From Scenedesmus sp. PABB004 (taxonomy: Eukaryota), in assembly GCA_014905635.1 (NCBI GenBank), contig JABVCE010000012.1:620001-684000 (forward strand): a DNA stretch of 64,000 nt, read 5' to 3'. Shown here piece by piece: positions 41,363-52,776 of this stretch. Position numbers and translations under genes: made by a program. The stretch's first letter is position 1, and the number at the start of each line of letters is the position of its first letter. The notes beneath the pieces were generated by a model. The model did no database searches. It was given only the letters and a program-made list of their open reading frames with translations, and was not told the origin of the DNA.

Positions 41363-44300
41363 GGCATTCCCTGCGGCACCAGCACGTACTGCACGCCCCC
41401 GGCGGGCGCGGCGGCCATGTAGACCTGCTGCTGCTGCTGCGGCGGCGGCGCCTGCTGCGGCTGTTGCTGCGGCGCCACGCCCCACGCCTGCTGCGGGCGC
41501 GGCAGGTAGCCTTGCTGGCCGTAGCCGCCTTGCTGGCCGTACACGCCGCCGCCGTCGCCGCCGAGCTGCGCGAGCTGCGGCTGCTGGCCGGCGCCCGCGA
41601 GGCGGCCCAGGTTGGGCGAGCCGCCGGGGCCGCCGGGGACGTAGACGCGCACGCCCTGCTGCTGCAGCCCCCCGTACTCGCCGGGCAGCACGCCGCCGCC
41701 GCCGCCGACGTCGAGCGGCTGCGCCACGGGGCCCGCCGTCGCGGCGAGCCAGCCCGCGCCGTAGCTCGGGCCCGACAGCGTGAGCGGCTGCTGGCGGCGC
41801 TGCTGCTGCAGCAGGCCGGCGAGCTGCGTGCCCGAGAGGTTGATCGCCTGCGGCACGCCGGGGCGCCCGTGCTGCGCGCCGCGCGCGAGCGCGCCGCCCG
41901 GGCCGGGGCCGCCGGCCATCATGTAGCCGCCGCCGGCGCCGCCGTAGCGCGCCAGCATCGGCGAGCCGCCGTGCCCCGCGGCCATGCCGTGCATGTAGGC
42001 CACGCTCGGCGCGCCGCCGCCGTGGTGCGGCGGGCCGTGCGGGCCGCCGCCGTGGGCGTGCGGCGCGCCGATCGCGCCGACGACGAGCGCGTGCAGCTCG
42101 GGCAGGCCGAGCTGCTTGAGCGCGGTCGCCGCCTCCTGCAGGTCGAGCGTCTTGGCGGTCGCGGCGTTGCGCAGCAGGAACTGCACAATGACCGTCAGCG
42201 GCCGCCGCGGCAGCGTCAGCGCCGCGCCGCCGGGCGGCGGCGGCGCCTCGCCGCCGCCGAGCGCGAGGCCCTCGAGCGCCGCCGCCGCCGCGTCGGCGCC
42301 GCCCGCGCCCACGCCGGCGGCGGGTGCCGGCTCGGGCACAAAGCCCAGGCGCGTGAGGGCCATGAGGCTGTTGCTGATGTCCCGGCTGCTGGGCGGCGCC
42401 GCCGCGTCGCTGGCGGCGCCACTGCCGCCGCCGGGCTCCGGGCGCGCCGCGAGGCTGCCGCTGCTGCTGCTCGCGCTGCTGGCGAGCCCCCGCCCGCGGG
42501 CGGCGGCGTCGGCGGCGCGCCGGCCGCCGCGGCCGCCGCGGCGAGCTGCTCCAGCACCGCGCGCCCGAAGCGGCGCAGCAGCGCCGGCTCGATGCCCGTC
42601 GCCGCCGCGCCCTGGCCCTCGGTCAGGCGCGCGAGGCTCCAGAGCACGACCGCGCTGTCGCGGCACGCCGCCGAGGGCAGCTGGCGCAGGAACGCCTCGA
42701 GCAGCGCCGGGAGCAGCTCCGTCTGCGGCAGGTTGCGCAGCCGCCCGTAGCCCCACAGCACGTTGGCGATGCCGCGCGCGTTGGCCGCTGGCAGCACCTG
42801 CAGCAGCTTGCCGCCGAGCGCGGGCAGCAGCGCCGCCGCCGCGGCCTGCGCGCCGGCCGCGGGCGCGGTGCCGAGGACCTTGCTGAGCCGCGTGATGCAG
42901 GCGGTGATGTGAATCATGTCCATGACGCTCGCGTGCGCGGCAAAGATCTCGCCCAGCTGGTACACGCTGTCCGCGTACGCGATGTTGTGCGTGAGCTGCC
43001 GCGCCGCCGCCTCCTCGTGGCTGTCCGGCGCGCCGCCCAGCGCGCCGCCCGGCGCGCCGCCCGCCGGCGGCAGCGGCGGCAGCGGCTCGGCGCTGCTCGC
43101 GGCGGAGCTCGCCGCGGCGCTCGGGGCCGCCGGCAGCGACGGCGCGCCCGCGCCGGCCGGCGACGGCGGCGCCGGCGGCGCCGCGCCGCCGTGCGCCTCG
43201 CCGCACTCGCCGCCGCCGCCCGCGCCGCAGCCGCGCCCGCAGATGCACGCGTCCGGCGGGCACGTGCCGCCGCTGTCCGAGCTGAGCCGCGCCGCAGCGG
43301 CGCTGCCGGCCACGTCGCCGCCGCCGGCCGCGCCGCAGGCAGCGCCAAAGCCGCCGAGGCTGCCCGCGTCTGGGCTGCTGCCGAGCACGACGACGTTGCT
43401 GCCGCTGCTGGTGCTGGCGCTGCTGCTGCCCATGGCCGCGGGCGGCGTGCCGAGCGACACCGGCGGCATGGCCGCGTGCAGCTGCAGGTCGCCCGGCAGC
43501 AGCACCTGCAGTCGGGCACCGGGGCTGCTCGCCGCGCTGCCGCCGCCGCCGCTGCGCGGCGCAGGGCTGCTGGCCGCAGCGAGCAGGCGCGCGCCGACGT
43601 CCTCGCCGAGCTGCGGCAGCGCGGCGGGCGGCAGCATGCTGCACAGCCCGGCCGCACCCTGCTGCAGCGACAGCGCCTCGAGCTGCGGCTGCAGCATGGC
43701 CAGCGCCAGCACCGTGCTCGCCGCGTCCTGGGGGCCGCCCGAGGCGGCGAGGCGCGCGAGCACCGCCTGCGCCTCCTCGTTCACCGAGATGGTGTTCAGC
43801 GGCGCCACGCCGGCGCCGCCGCCCGGCAGCGCGCCGCCCGGCAGCGCGCCGCCGGCGCCGGCGCCGCTGCGGGCCTGGGGCGCGAGCAGCAGGTGCAGGC
43901 ACGCCACCTGCGCGACGTCGCGGAGCACCGACGACACGTGGTGCAGCTCCATGCCGTCGCGCTGCGCGACGAGCTGGTCGAGCAGCTGCCGCAGCAGCGG
44001 CGGCTGCCACGACACCCACGCGTCGCCGGCGTGGTTGCTGCAGGTCGTCGCGAGCTGCGCCATGCACCGGATCACCGGCTGGATGTGCCCCGGCAGCGCG
44101 AGCGCCGGCTGCCCGCAGAATGCGGAGAGCAGGCTCTGCACCTCCGCCAGGCAGTTGCACATGCACCACTGGTGCTCCTGCTGCAGCACGACGACCGCCC
44201 ACAGGCTGTTGCTGATGGTCTGCACCGACGCCGCGTGCAGCTGCTGGCAGAGCTGCGCCAGCAGCAGGCGCACCTGCTCCTGCGCCAGCAGCGGCGCGCC

Positions 44301-45073
44301 CGCGTCGGGCGCGCCCGCCGCCGCCCAGTCGCCGGGCGAGCTGGCGCAGAGGCTGGGGCTGTTGCCCGCCGACGGCGACGACAGCGAGCCGCCGCCGCAG
44401 GCGAGCCCGAGCCCGAGCGGCGCGAGCGCGGGCGGCGGCGCGCCAAGGGCCGTGGCCGCCGGCGGCGCGCGCTCCTTCGTGAGCTTGGCCACGCCCCAGA
44501 GCACGTTGGATACGTCCTGGGGCACCGCGGCGGGCAGCTCCGCGACGAAGCGGTCCAGCAGCATCGCGCGCAGCTCGGCGTCGGGCGCGACCTGCAGCTT
44601 CGCGAGCGCCCACACGATGTTGGCCACGCCGCGCGGGCTGTACTCGCCGCAGCCCTGCGCCTTGAGCCGCGCGAGCAGCTGGCCGAGCAGCTGGCGCAGC
44701 TGCGCCTGCTGCGCGCCTGCGGCGGAGAGCAGCCACGGCAGGTCGGCGCCGGCGGCGCCGCCGCCGCCGCCGCCCGCGAGCGCCGCGAGGCTGGTGTCGA
44801 GCTTGGGCAGCTTGGTGAGCATCGCGGCGACGTGGATGGGGTTGAGCACCGCCGCGTGCGCGCCGTACAGCGCGGCGAGGCGGTCGAGGCTCGTGCACGA
44901 CTTGATGGCCGCCGTGAGCTGCTTCGGCAGCGGCGCGCGCGCCGCCGGTGGTGGCGCGATGCCGGGGAAGGTCGGCAGGAAGCCGCCGCCGGCAGCGAGG
45001 CTGCCGCCGAGGCCGCCGCCCCGAGCGCGGCCGCGACGGCGGCGCCGCTCAGGCCGCCGCCGGGCTCGCACAT
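40831..45073 (-). CDS. Large helical-repeat (OPR/FAST-like) putative RNA-binding protein with Q/G/Y/P-rich C-terminus; two apparent 1-nt frame breaks
   Basis: Repeats LNPIHVAAMLTKL, SPRGVANIVWALAKL, VPQDVSNVLWGVAKL, SVQTISNSLWAVVVL, NARGIANVLWGYGRL, CRDSAVVLWSLARL, SRDISNSLMALTRL. ATG at 45073; frame changes near 45021 and 42517. Confidence 0.75.
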
Positions 45074-45373
45074 GCTGGCCGCCGCTGCTGCGCCGGCTGG
45101 CTGGGCGCTCCTCGCCCGGCTGCGCTCACGCCGCGCGGGCGGGCGCGGCCATTGCCTGCGGGGCGGGCGGGCAGCACAGGGCGCGCGACAGTGCGTAAGC
45201 GCGCGCACCGCACGGCGCGCAGGGCGCGCGCGGCGCGGCCCAGCGCATCTGGGCGCAACGCCACCGGCCTCCCCGGCCGGCTGGACCGGGCGCGGGGCGT
45301 ACGCGGGCGCTGCCGCGCCCGCCAGCGGCCGCCAAAGGCCGATGGCGGGCCGTTCCAGCGCGCGCCGCGCGCG

Positions 45374-46139
45374 CCCGCGGCCACCGCGGCGCGGCGCGAG
45401 CGGGCGCGGCAGCGCCTGGTCGCCCGCGCGACGCGGGGCGCCGCACCTGCGCAGCCGTCAGCTCGACGGCGTGGCTATCCACCGCGTAAACGAGTCGTGC
45501 GCGCCGCTCAGGTGTGCAGGCCGGCCTGCCCCAGCGCCAACGCGACCGCCGGCGGGACTCTTGGCCGGTGGCGGCCGCCTCAGGCGGAGCCCGGGCGCCC
45601 AGGCACGCAAGAGCAGGCGGGTCAGGTGTCGCCGGCGTCGCCGCCTAGGCCTGGCGGGCCGTCTCTGGTAGCCCGCGCTTCGCTGCTGGGGCGCCCGGCG
45701 CGGCTCGGCGGCGGCAGGGCGCGCCGGGGCGGCTCGCGTCCTGTTTCCTGCCGCGATGCAGTGCGGGCGATTAGCCCCTCCCAGGTGCGCCGCCGCCGGT
45801 CTGTCACGGCCAAGGGAGAGTGCGGCGGGCGGTCCTAGCAACGGGCGGCGCCGGGGCGTCTGGGGCGACCGCGTCGTCGCGCGCGCGCTGGGCGCGCGCG
45901 GCCCTCGCGGTTTTGGCCCGCGCGCGCGCGCGCGCCGTCAGCGCCCCGGGCCGCGCGCGGTGTCGCCTGCGGGGGTGCCGGCGGTGCTTCCGGGCGCCCC
46001 GTGGCCCGCGCGGAGCGCCTGGGTGCGCCGCTGGGCCATGCGGCATTGGGCGAGCCGGCCGCCCCGTCCAACCCCGACCGGTTGGGGCGGCGGGCGCGCG
46101 CGCTGGCTCAAGGGCGCCGAGCCAATCGACCTCCCGCCC
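45374..46139. repeat. Direct repeat copy A (~766 bp)
   Basis: 45382-46139 matches 46815-47572 (offset 1433). I found only three substitutions, near 46076, 46083 and 46095. Confidence 0.97.
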
Positions 46140-46774
46140 AAGTGGGTCTCCGCCTGACCAGCGCCGAGACTGACTGGATCCTGGCACGCGCCGCGCGGCG
46201 TGTCCATTCACCGCCGGCGCGCGGCGTCCGCTCATCGTCGCCGCCCTCGTGCCGCGCCCTGGGCCGCTGCTGCATGCGGTCGTCAAGGACTGGCTCGGCG
46301 ACGGCTCGGCCGGCGTCTCGGCGGCACAGGCGCGGCGCCGGGGACTGCGCACGGCTGTGGCAGCGCGAGCGCCGACCGTCGGCAAGTAGCCGCCCGACCC
46401 CCGCCGGCCCCGCCCAACTGCACGGCGGCCGCCGTTTATCAGGTAAAGCAGCTGCTGGGCACCCCGCGCGTGGTGGACGGCGTCTGCACGGTGCGCGCCC
46501 GGGGGCGCGCACCGCAGGTGGAGCGCGCTGCGGGCACGAGCTGGGACGGCGCGCGCCTGCTCGGCACGGTGCCGCTGCTCGGCGCCCTGGTCATTGCAGG
46601 CGGGCAGCCCCCCGACTGGAGCCCGCACGGGCATGAGCGCGCCGCCGCCGCCGCTGACGCGCGGCGCGCGTCGGTCGCAGGACCGAGCTGCTGCGCCGCC
46701 GCTTGGCGTGAGGGGCGACTTCCAGAAGCCCGTCAGCTGCTGGTGTCCGCGAGCCGTGTTGTGCTCAGCCGGCA

Positions 46775-47572
46775 CCCGCGGCCACCGCGGCAAAGACAAA
46801 GACAAAGATAGTTACACCGCGGCGCGGCGCGAGCGGGCGCGGCAGCGCCTGGTCGCCCGCGCGACGCGGGGCGCCGCACCTGCGCAGCCGTCAGCTCGAC
46901 GGCGTGGCTATCCACCGCGTAAACGAGTCGTGCGCGCCGCTCAGGTGTGCAGGCCGGCCTGCCCCAGCGCCAACGCGACCGCCGGCGGGACTCTTGGCCG
47001 GTGGCGGCCGCCTCAGGCGGAGCCCGGGCGCCCAGGCACGCAAGAGCAGGCGGGTCAGGTGTCGCCGGCGTCGCCGCCTAGGCCTGGCGGGCCGTCTCTG
47101 GTAGCCCGCGCTTCGCTGCTGGGGCGCCCGGCGCGGCTCGGCGGCGGCAGGGCGCGCCGGGGCGGCTCGCGTCCTGTTTCCTGCCGCGATGCAGTGCGGG
47201 CGATTAGCCCCTCCCAGGTGCGCCGCCGCCGGTCTGTCACGGCCAAGGGAGAGTGCGGCGGGCGGTCCTAGCAACGGGCGGCGCCGGGGCGTCTGGGGCG
47301 ACCGCGTCGTCGCGCGCGCGCTGGGCGCGCGCGGCCCTCGCGGTTTTGGCCCGCGCGCGCGCGCGCGCCGTCAGCGCCCCGGGCCGCGCGCGGTGTCGCC
47401 TGCGGGGGTGCCGGCGGTGCTTCCGGGCGCCCCGTGGCCCGCGCGGAGCGCCTGGGTGCGCCGCTGGGCCATGCGGCATTGGGCGAGCCGGCCGCCCCGT
47501 CCAACCCCAACCGGTAGGGGCGGCGGGAGCGCGCGCTGGCTCAAGGGCGCCGAGCCAATCGACCTCCCGCCC
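46775..47572. repeat. Direct repeat copy B, with a small insertion near its left end
   Basis: Same sequence as 45374-46139 plus a 23-bp insert and a duplicated caccgcggc. Confidence 0.97.
46783..46823 (-). mobile_element. Candidate extremely 5'-truncated non-LTR retrotransposon tail (23 bp) with 9-bp target-site duplication
   Basis: caccgcggc-aaagacaaagacaaagatagtta-caccgcggc. Copy A has a single caccgcggc (empty site). The minus strand reads TAACTA(TCTTTG)3. Confidence 0.5.
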
Positions 47573-47905
47573 TGCATGACGGTAACCGAGGACCACCCGG
47601 GCGTGGCAGAGCCGCCCGGGCGTGCGCGCGGCGGCCGTTTGGTCACACGCGCCGGCCGGGCGCGGGGAGCATGCGCGCCTGCGCCCCAGCCCCACCACGC
47701 CGCCGCCGCCGCCGCCGTCGCACGCGCGCGCCGGGGCGGCCGCCCGAGCGCCGACCCTGGGTGCCAAGGCGCCGCGCCGGCGGCAAAGCATGCCCAGCAG
47801 AGTGCCACGGCCCCGCGCGCACGCGCGGGCGCACGCCGCCTGCGTGCCGCGCCGCCGCCGCGCCCGGGCCGCCCAGCGGCGCCGCGGTCAGACGCGGCGC
47901 CGCGG

Positions 47906-48002
47906 TCAGACAAGGCGCTCGAGGCGTATGGCCAGGCGGTCCTGGTTAAGCGCCTCCTCCTCAAGGAACTCACGCTCCTCGAGCGTCGGCTCCCTGCGCG
48001 CC

Positions 48003-48043
<41 letters not shown>

Positions 48044-49184
48044 CCGCGCACGCGGTGGGCCCGCGGGCGCGGCGGGGTTGACCCTGCGGGGGCGCTCGCC
48101 CGCGGCCCCCGCTGCCCTGCGCCTGCCGCGCCGCGCGCCGTCTGCCCGCTGCCGCTCGGCAGGCGCCCCGCGCGCGCCCGCCGGGCGTGCGCAGGCCCCC
48201 CCCGCCCGCCCGCCCGCCCCGGCCCTGCCGCCGCCCCGCCCGCCGGCGCGCCGCGCCTGTAGATGACCGCCTCGCTCAGCCGCGAGCGGTCGGCGTTGAA
48301 GGTGAGAAAGTCGATGCCCGCCACGTGGCTCTGCGGGCGGCGGGCGCGCGGCGCGGGGCGGGTCGCGCTGGGCACGCTGGGCACGCCGGGCACGCCGGGC
48401 GCGCTGGGCACGCTGAGCGCGGACGCCGGCGCGAAGCAGGCGGCGCCGCGCAGCCCCAGCAGCCCCGGCGGCGCCAGCCGCCGCGCCTCGTGGTATGTGG
48501 GGCGGTGAGGGCGGCCCGCGTTGTCCGTCGTGGGGTGCAGGTTGGTGCCGTGGCACGTCCAGTGCACAAAGACGTGCACCGGGTCGCACACGCCGACCTG
48601 GGCGCGGCGCCGCGCGGCGCGCGGCGCTGTGGGCGGCGCGCGGTGGGCGGCGGCCCGCAGGCGCGGCGCTGGGCGGCGGCACCAGCAGAGTGCGGGCGGC
48701 GCGGGCAGGGCGCGGGCGGCGCGGCACCTGGCCGACTTCGTAGCAGAGGTCTGGGTAGGCCTGCCGCATCTGCTGCACGAAGCTGCTGAACGCCTTGCGC
48801 CCCACGACCGGGCGCGTGGGCATCCAGATGGTGTCCTGCGGGCGCCGCGCCGCGCGGCGGGGGCGGGGGCGGCGTGGGCGCCCAGCGCCGCGCCGCCGCG
48901 CCGCTGCCGCGCGCGGCCCTGTTGCGCCGCGCCTTCCACACAAAGTCGTCGGTCAGCAGCTCGTCCACCAGCTCCACCTCGCCCTTGCTCCACACGCGGT
49001 CGAAGAGCAGGTGCACCTTCTCCGCCATCGCCGTCGCGCGCCAGTCGCGCGTCGAGATGTCGTCCTTGGCGACCGCGCGCAGCGGCGGCGGCAGTCGGCG
49101 CAGCGGCGCCGCCGCGCCGCGCGCCGCGCCGCCGCTCCGGGCGCAGCCGAAAGCGGGCCTCCGGCTGCCGCAGGCGAGGGCCAT
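47906..49184 (-). CDS. SnoaL-like / NTF2-fold protein with organellar transit peptide; 5 exons
   Basis: FDRVWSKGEVELVDELLTDDFVWK|D..GRKAFSSFVQQMRQAYPDLCYEV..VFVHWTCHGTN..GIDFLTFNAD..LSEAVIYR. Confidence 0.82.
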
Positions 49185-49515
49185 GGCCGCGCTGGGCGAG
49201 GCGGTGGCTGCGCGGCGGCGGCGGCGGCAGCAGCGCGGAGGATCTGCGCGCACGGCGGCGAGCCGGGCGCGGCGGGGGCGAGGCCAGCGGTCGCGGACCG
49301 CGGAGCGAGCGTCGGGCGCTGTGTCGGAGCCTCCTCCGACGCCGGGAGAGCAGGACAGGCCGAGAACAGTGTCTTTCGGGTTCTCGCGGCGCGCACTGCC
49401 CCCCGGTCGTTCCGTCCTCGCCACAATCGATCCTACACAATCGACCCGACACGCAGCAGCGGCCCCAGCAACACCGGCACTCGACAGCAGCAGCACCGCG
49501 CCCAGCCCCAGCAGA

Positions 49516-50315
49516 ATGGAGGCCTACAAGCAGCTCGTGGCGTCGCAGACGGTGCGCGCCAAGCACGTGGAGGAGGCGCCGGTCAAGAAAGGTGGGAAGC
49601 GAGGCCGCACGGCGGAGCTGCGCGGCGACGTGGCATTCCACCGCCCGCGCGCCGCCCACGCGGCCCGCCTGCGCCGCGCCGGGCGCTCGGGACGGAGACC
49701 GGGCAAGCCTCCGCCGGGGACCGGGCGCGCGCGGCCTGCGCCCGCCCCGCGCGCGCGCGCGGGCCGCCGACGCGGCGCCGCTGCGCGCGCGCAGACAAGC
49801 TCGCGGCGACCAAGGCGCGCGAGCGCGAGATCAAGGAGGCGGTTAAGGACAAGAAGGAGACGGAGAAGGCGGTCAAGGAGGAGGTGAGCGCGCGGCGGCC
49901 CGCGCGCGCGGCGGGGCCGCGGCGGCGGCGACACACAGCGGACGCCCGGGCGCCGCCGGCCGCCACCGCGCCCACGGCCGCGCGCGCTCCCCTCTCCTGA
50001 CAACAGGAGCGCCTCGAGTCGGCGGCGGCCAACCGCTTCGAGCGCGCGTTCAACCACAGCAGCAAGCGCTTCGCCAAGGAGGAGCGCGAGGTGCGCGCCG
50101 CGCCGCGCGAACGAGCGGAGGCCGCCGCCGCCGCCGCTGCTGAGCGCGGGGCCCCGGTCCGCGCGCGCTTGCGTGCCGCGCCCACCCGCGCGCCGTGCAT
50201 GCTGCGCTGCGCTGCACAGAAGCACAAGAAGGAGGAGCACGAGCAGACGGGCTTCACGTGCGAGCACGGCGTGTGGCGCTGCCGCATCTGCCAGCCCGTG
50301 ACCAAGCACAAGTGA
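49516..50315 (+). CDS. Small K/E-rich coiled-coil protein with terminal CxHx4CxxC zinc-knuckle-like motif; 4 exons
   Basis: MEAYKQLVASQ..KK|DKLAATKAREREIKEAVKDKK..EE|ERLES..ERE|KHKKEEHEQTGFTCEHGVWRCRICQPVTKHK*; canonical GT-AG junctions; TGTAA at 50705. Confidence 0.75.
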
Positions 50316-50515
50316 GGCCCCCACGCGGGGCGGCCTGCCCACGGCGCCCGCCCGCGCAGGCGGGCGCGCGGGCGGGCGGGCGAGGGCCCGGGCGGGCGCC
50401 CGGGCGAGCACTCGGCGGCCGCGCGCCCGCTGCCGGCAGCGCGCGTGCGGCGCCGCCGCCCGGCCCGGGCGCGTGCACGGCAGGATGGTGGGCGGCAGCG
50501 CGCTTAGAAGCAGGG

Positions 50516-50547
<32 letters not shown>

Positions 50548-50899
50548 GAGACGGCTGCTGTGGGCGTGGGAGCACTGCGCACTCTCTCGGTGCCGTCGCT
50601 CGACGGCGGCGGCCGGACCTCTGCGGTCAGCGTGCCGCACCGCGCGCACCCGGTGTATATCTTGTACCTCGCTGCCCACGGCTGCGCCATTGCCGCCGCC
50701 AGCGTGTAACATGACGACGGCGCACGCCGGCGACGAGGGCAGGGCGACGACGGCCGCGTGCAGGGCGCGGCGCAGGGCGCAGGCGCCGCCGGGCGAGCTG
50801 CTGCTGCCGGCGGAAAGGCCCAGCGCACTGCACGCTAGCCACAGCTTCCGTTACACGCCCCTGCCGCACATCCGCAAGCGCCGGGGGCGCGCGCCCGGC

Positions 50900-51727
50900 A
50901 TGGAGCAGCAGCAAGGGCCGCGCGAGCTGGGGGCGCCGCAGGCGCCCGTGCTGCTGCGCGTGAAGCGGCACCGCGAGGCGCAGGCGCCGCAGCACATAGG
51001 TGCGCGCGCCGCGAGCGCCGCAGCGCGCCGCGCCGCGCGCTGCCAACCGCCGCTGCTGCCGCCGCGGCGCAGTGCTGGAGGCCAGCAGCAAGGCCGCCGC
51101 CATGGCGGCCGACTTTCAGCGCTCCGTAGGGCTGGGGGGAGAGGCGGCGGCGCCGGCGGAGGACGCGCCAGCGCGCAAGCGCTGCCGCTTTGTGCTGCTG
51201 CGCGCGGCCGCGGGCGGCGGCGCCACCGCCGCGCTCGAGCAGCGCCCGCGGCCGGACGCCGCGGCGCCCGCCTCCGCCGGCGGCGCCGTCGACGCCGGCG
51301 GCGCGCCGCACGTGCTGCACCTCTGGCACGCCTCGGCCGCGGGCGGCGGCGGCGGCGGCGCGGCGCCGCCGGGCGGCGCGCCCGCCGCGGCCGCGGGCCG
51401 GGCCGCGCAGCAGGCGTCGCCAGTGTACGAGGCGATGGTCCAGCAGTTCCTGCAGGAGAGCGGCGCGGGCGCGGCGCCGGGCGCGGCGCGGGGCGCGGCG
51501 CAGGGCGCGCAGCCGCGCGCCGCGCCGCGCCGCGTCGTGCGACGCGGCGGCGTCGCCGCGGCAGGCGCGGCGGGGCAGCCGCGGTCGCCGAAGCAGCAAT
51601 GGCAGCAGCAGCAGCGGCAGCAGGGGGGCGTGGCGCTGCCGGAGTACCTCACAGCCGACATGCTGCAGCGGCTGCGCCAGCAGCAGCAGCACGCAACGCA
51701 GCACGCGGAGCAGCACGCGCAGCATGC

Positions 51728-51785
<58 letters not shown>

Positions 51786-52538
51786 CGCGGCGCAGGGCCG
51801 GCGGAGTACGTGTACGATGAGTACGTGCCGGCGGTGGAGGGCGAGGCGCTGGCAATGTACGCCGACAACGAGGCCGCGGCCGCGCTAGTCGGCCCCGCCG
51901 GCGCGGCCGAGCCCGTCGTGCAGGTGCGGCGCGCGGGGCGCGGCGCGGCCCGTGCCCCCTGCCCCGCGCCGTGCCGAGCGCGCGGCGCGGGCGCGGCGCG
52001 CGCGCAGGTGTGGGAGGAGGACGTGGCGGAGCTGGCGGGGCTCTGGGACGGCGGCCCGGGGCGCGGCGGGCCCGGCGGCGCGGCCGACGGCGACGAGAGC
52101 GAGGACTCCAACGCGGAGGGCCACTACGCCAACAGCTACCCGGACGAGTCGGCCAGCCAGGGCGGCGTCAGCGACGACGACGGCGGCGGCTCTGACAGCG
52201 GCAGCGACGGCGGCGGCGGCCGCCGGGCCGGCGCGCTCGGGCGCGGCGCGATCGGGACATACCGCCTGGGCGCGCCGCCGCGGCCGCGGCGCGCGCGCGG
52301 GAGCGACGGCAGCGGCGGCGGCGGCTGTGGTGAGAGCAGCGAGGAGTTTGACCTGGACGACTACGTCAGCAGCGGCGACGAGGACGCGCCGCCGCGCGGC
52401 GCCTATCGCGGCCCCTACGCGGCGCCGCCGCTCGGCGGCGGCGGCGCCGCGTGGCGCGCGGCGCTCGCTGCCGAGGCGATGGCCGCGCTGCCGGGCGGCG
52501 GCGGCGGCGGCGGCAGCGAAGACATGGAGGACGCGTGA
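50900..52538 (+). CDS. IWR1: Iwr1-family RNA polymerase II nuclear-import factor (DMS4/RDM4-like)
   Basis: N-terminal PVLLRVKRHR, EYVYDEY, and the Iwr1 signature ESEDSNAEGHYANSYPDE; polyQ insert; two introns. Confidence 0.8.
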
Positions 52539-52776
52539 GCGCGCTGCGCGCTCGCTGTGACTGGCTGTCTGGGCGGCTGGCGTCGACGCCGCCGAGAGAG
52601 CAGGGACAGGTTTCTCTGCAAGGCGCCGCCCACCAGGGCGCGACCTTCGCGCCCGATCACAGGCCCGCTGTGCGTTCGAGCCGAGCGCGGCCGCCCCCGC
52701 GCCGCGCCGCGCGGCCCCCAGCCCCCTCCCCAGCTGCGCCCAGCCGCAGCTCCGGTGCCCGCCTGTCTGGCCGGCG

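Noticed and set aside
46140..46811. 203-aa plus-strand ORF in the spacer between the direct repeats
   Set aside because: Non-ATG start and no recognisable domain; stop-free frames of this length are common at this GC content.
45374..47572. Canonical LTR retrotransposon, TRIM or retrozyme
   Set aside because: No TG..CA termini, PBS, PPT, flanking TSD, gag/pol motifs or hammerhead consensus in the repeats.
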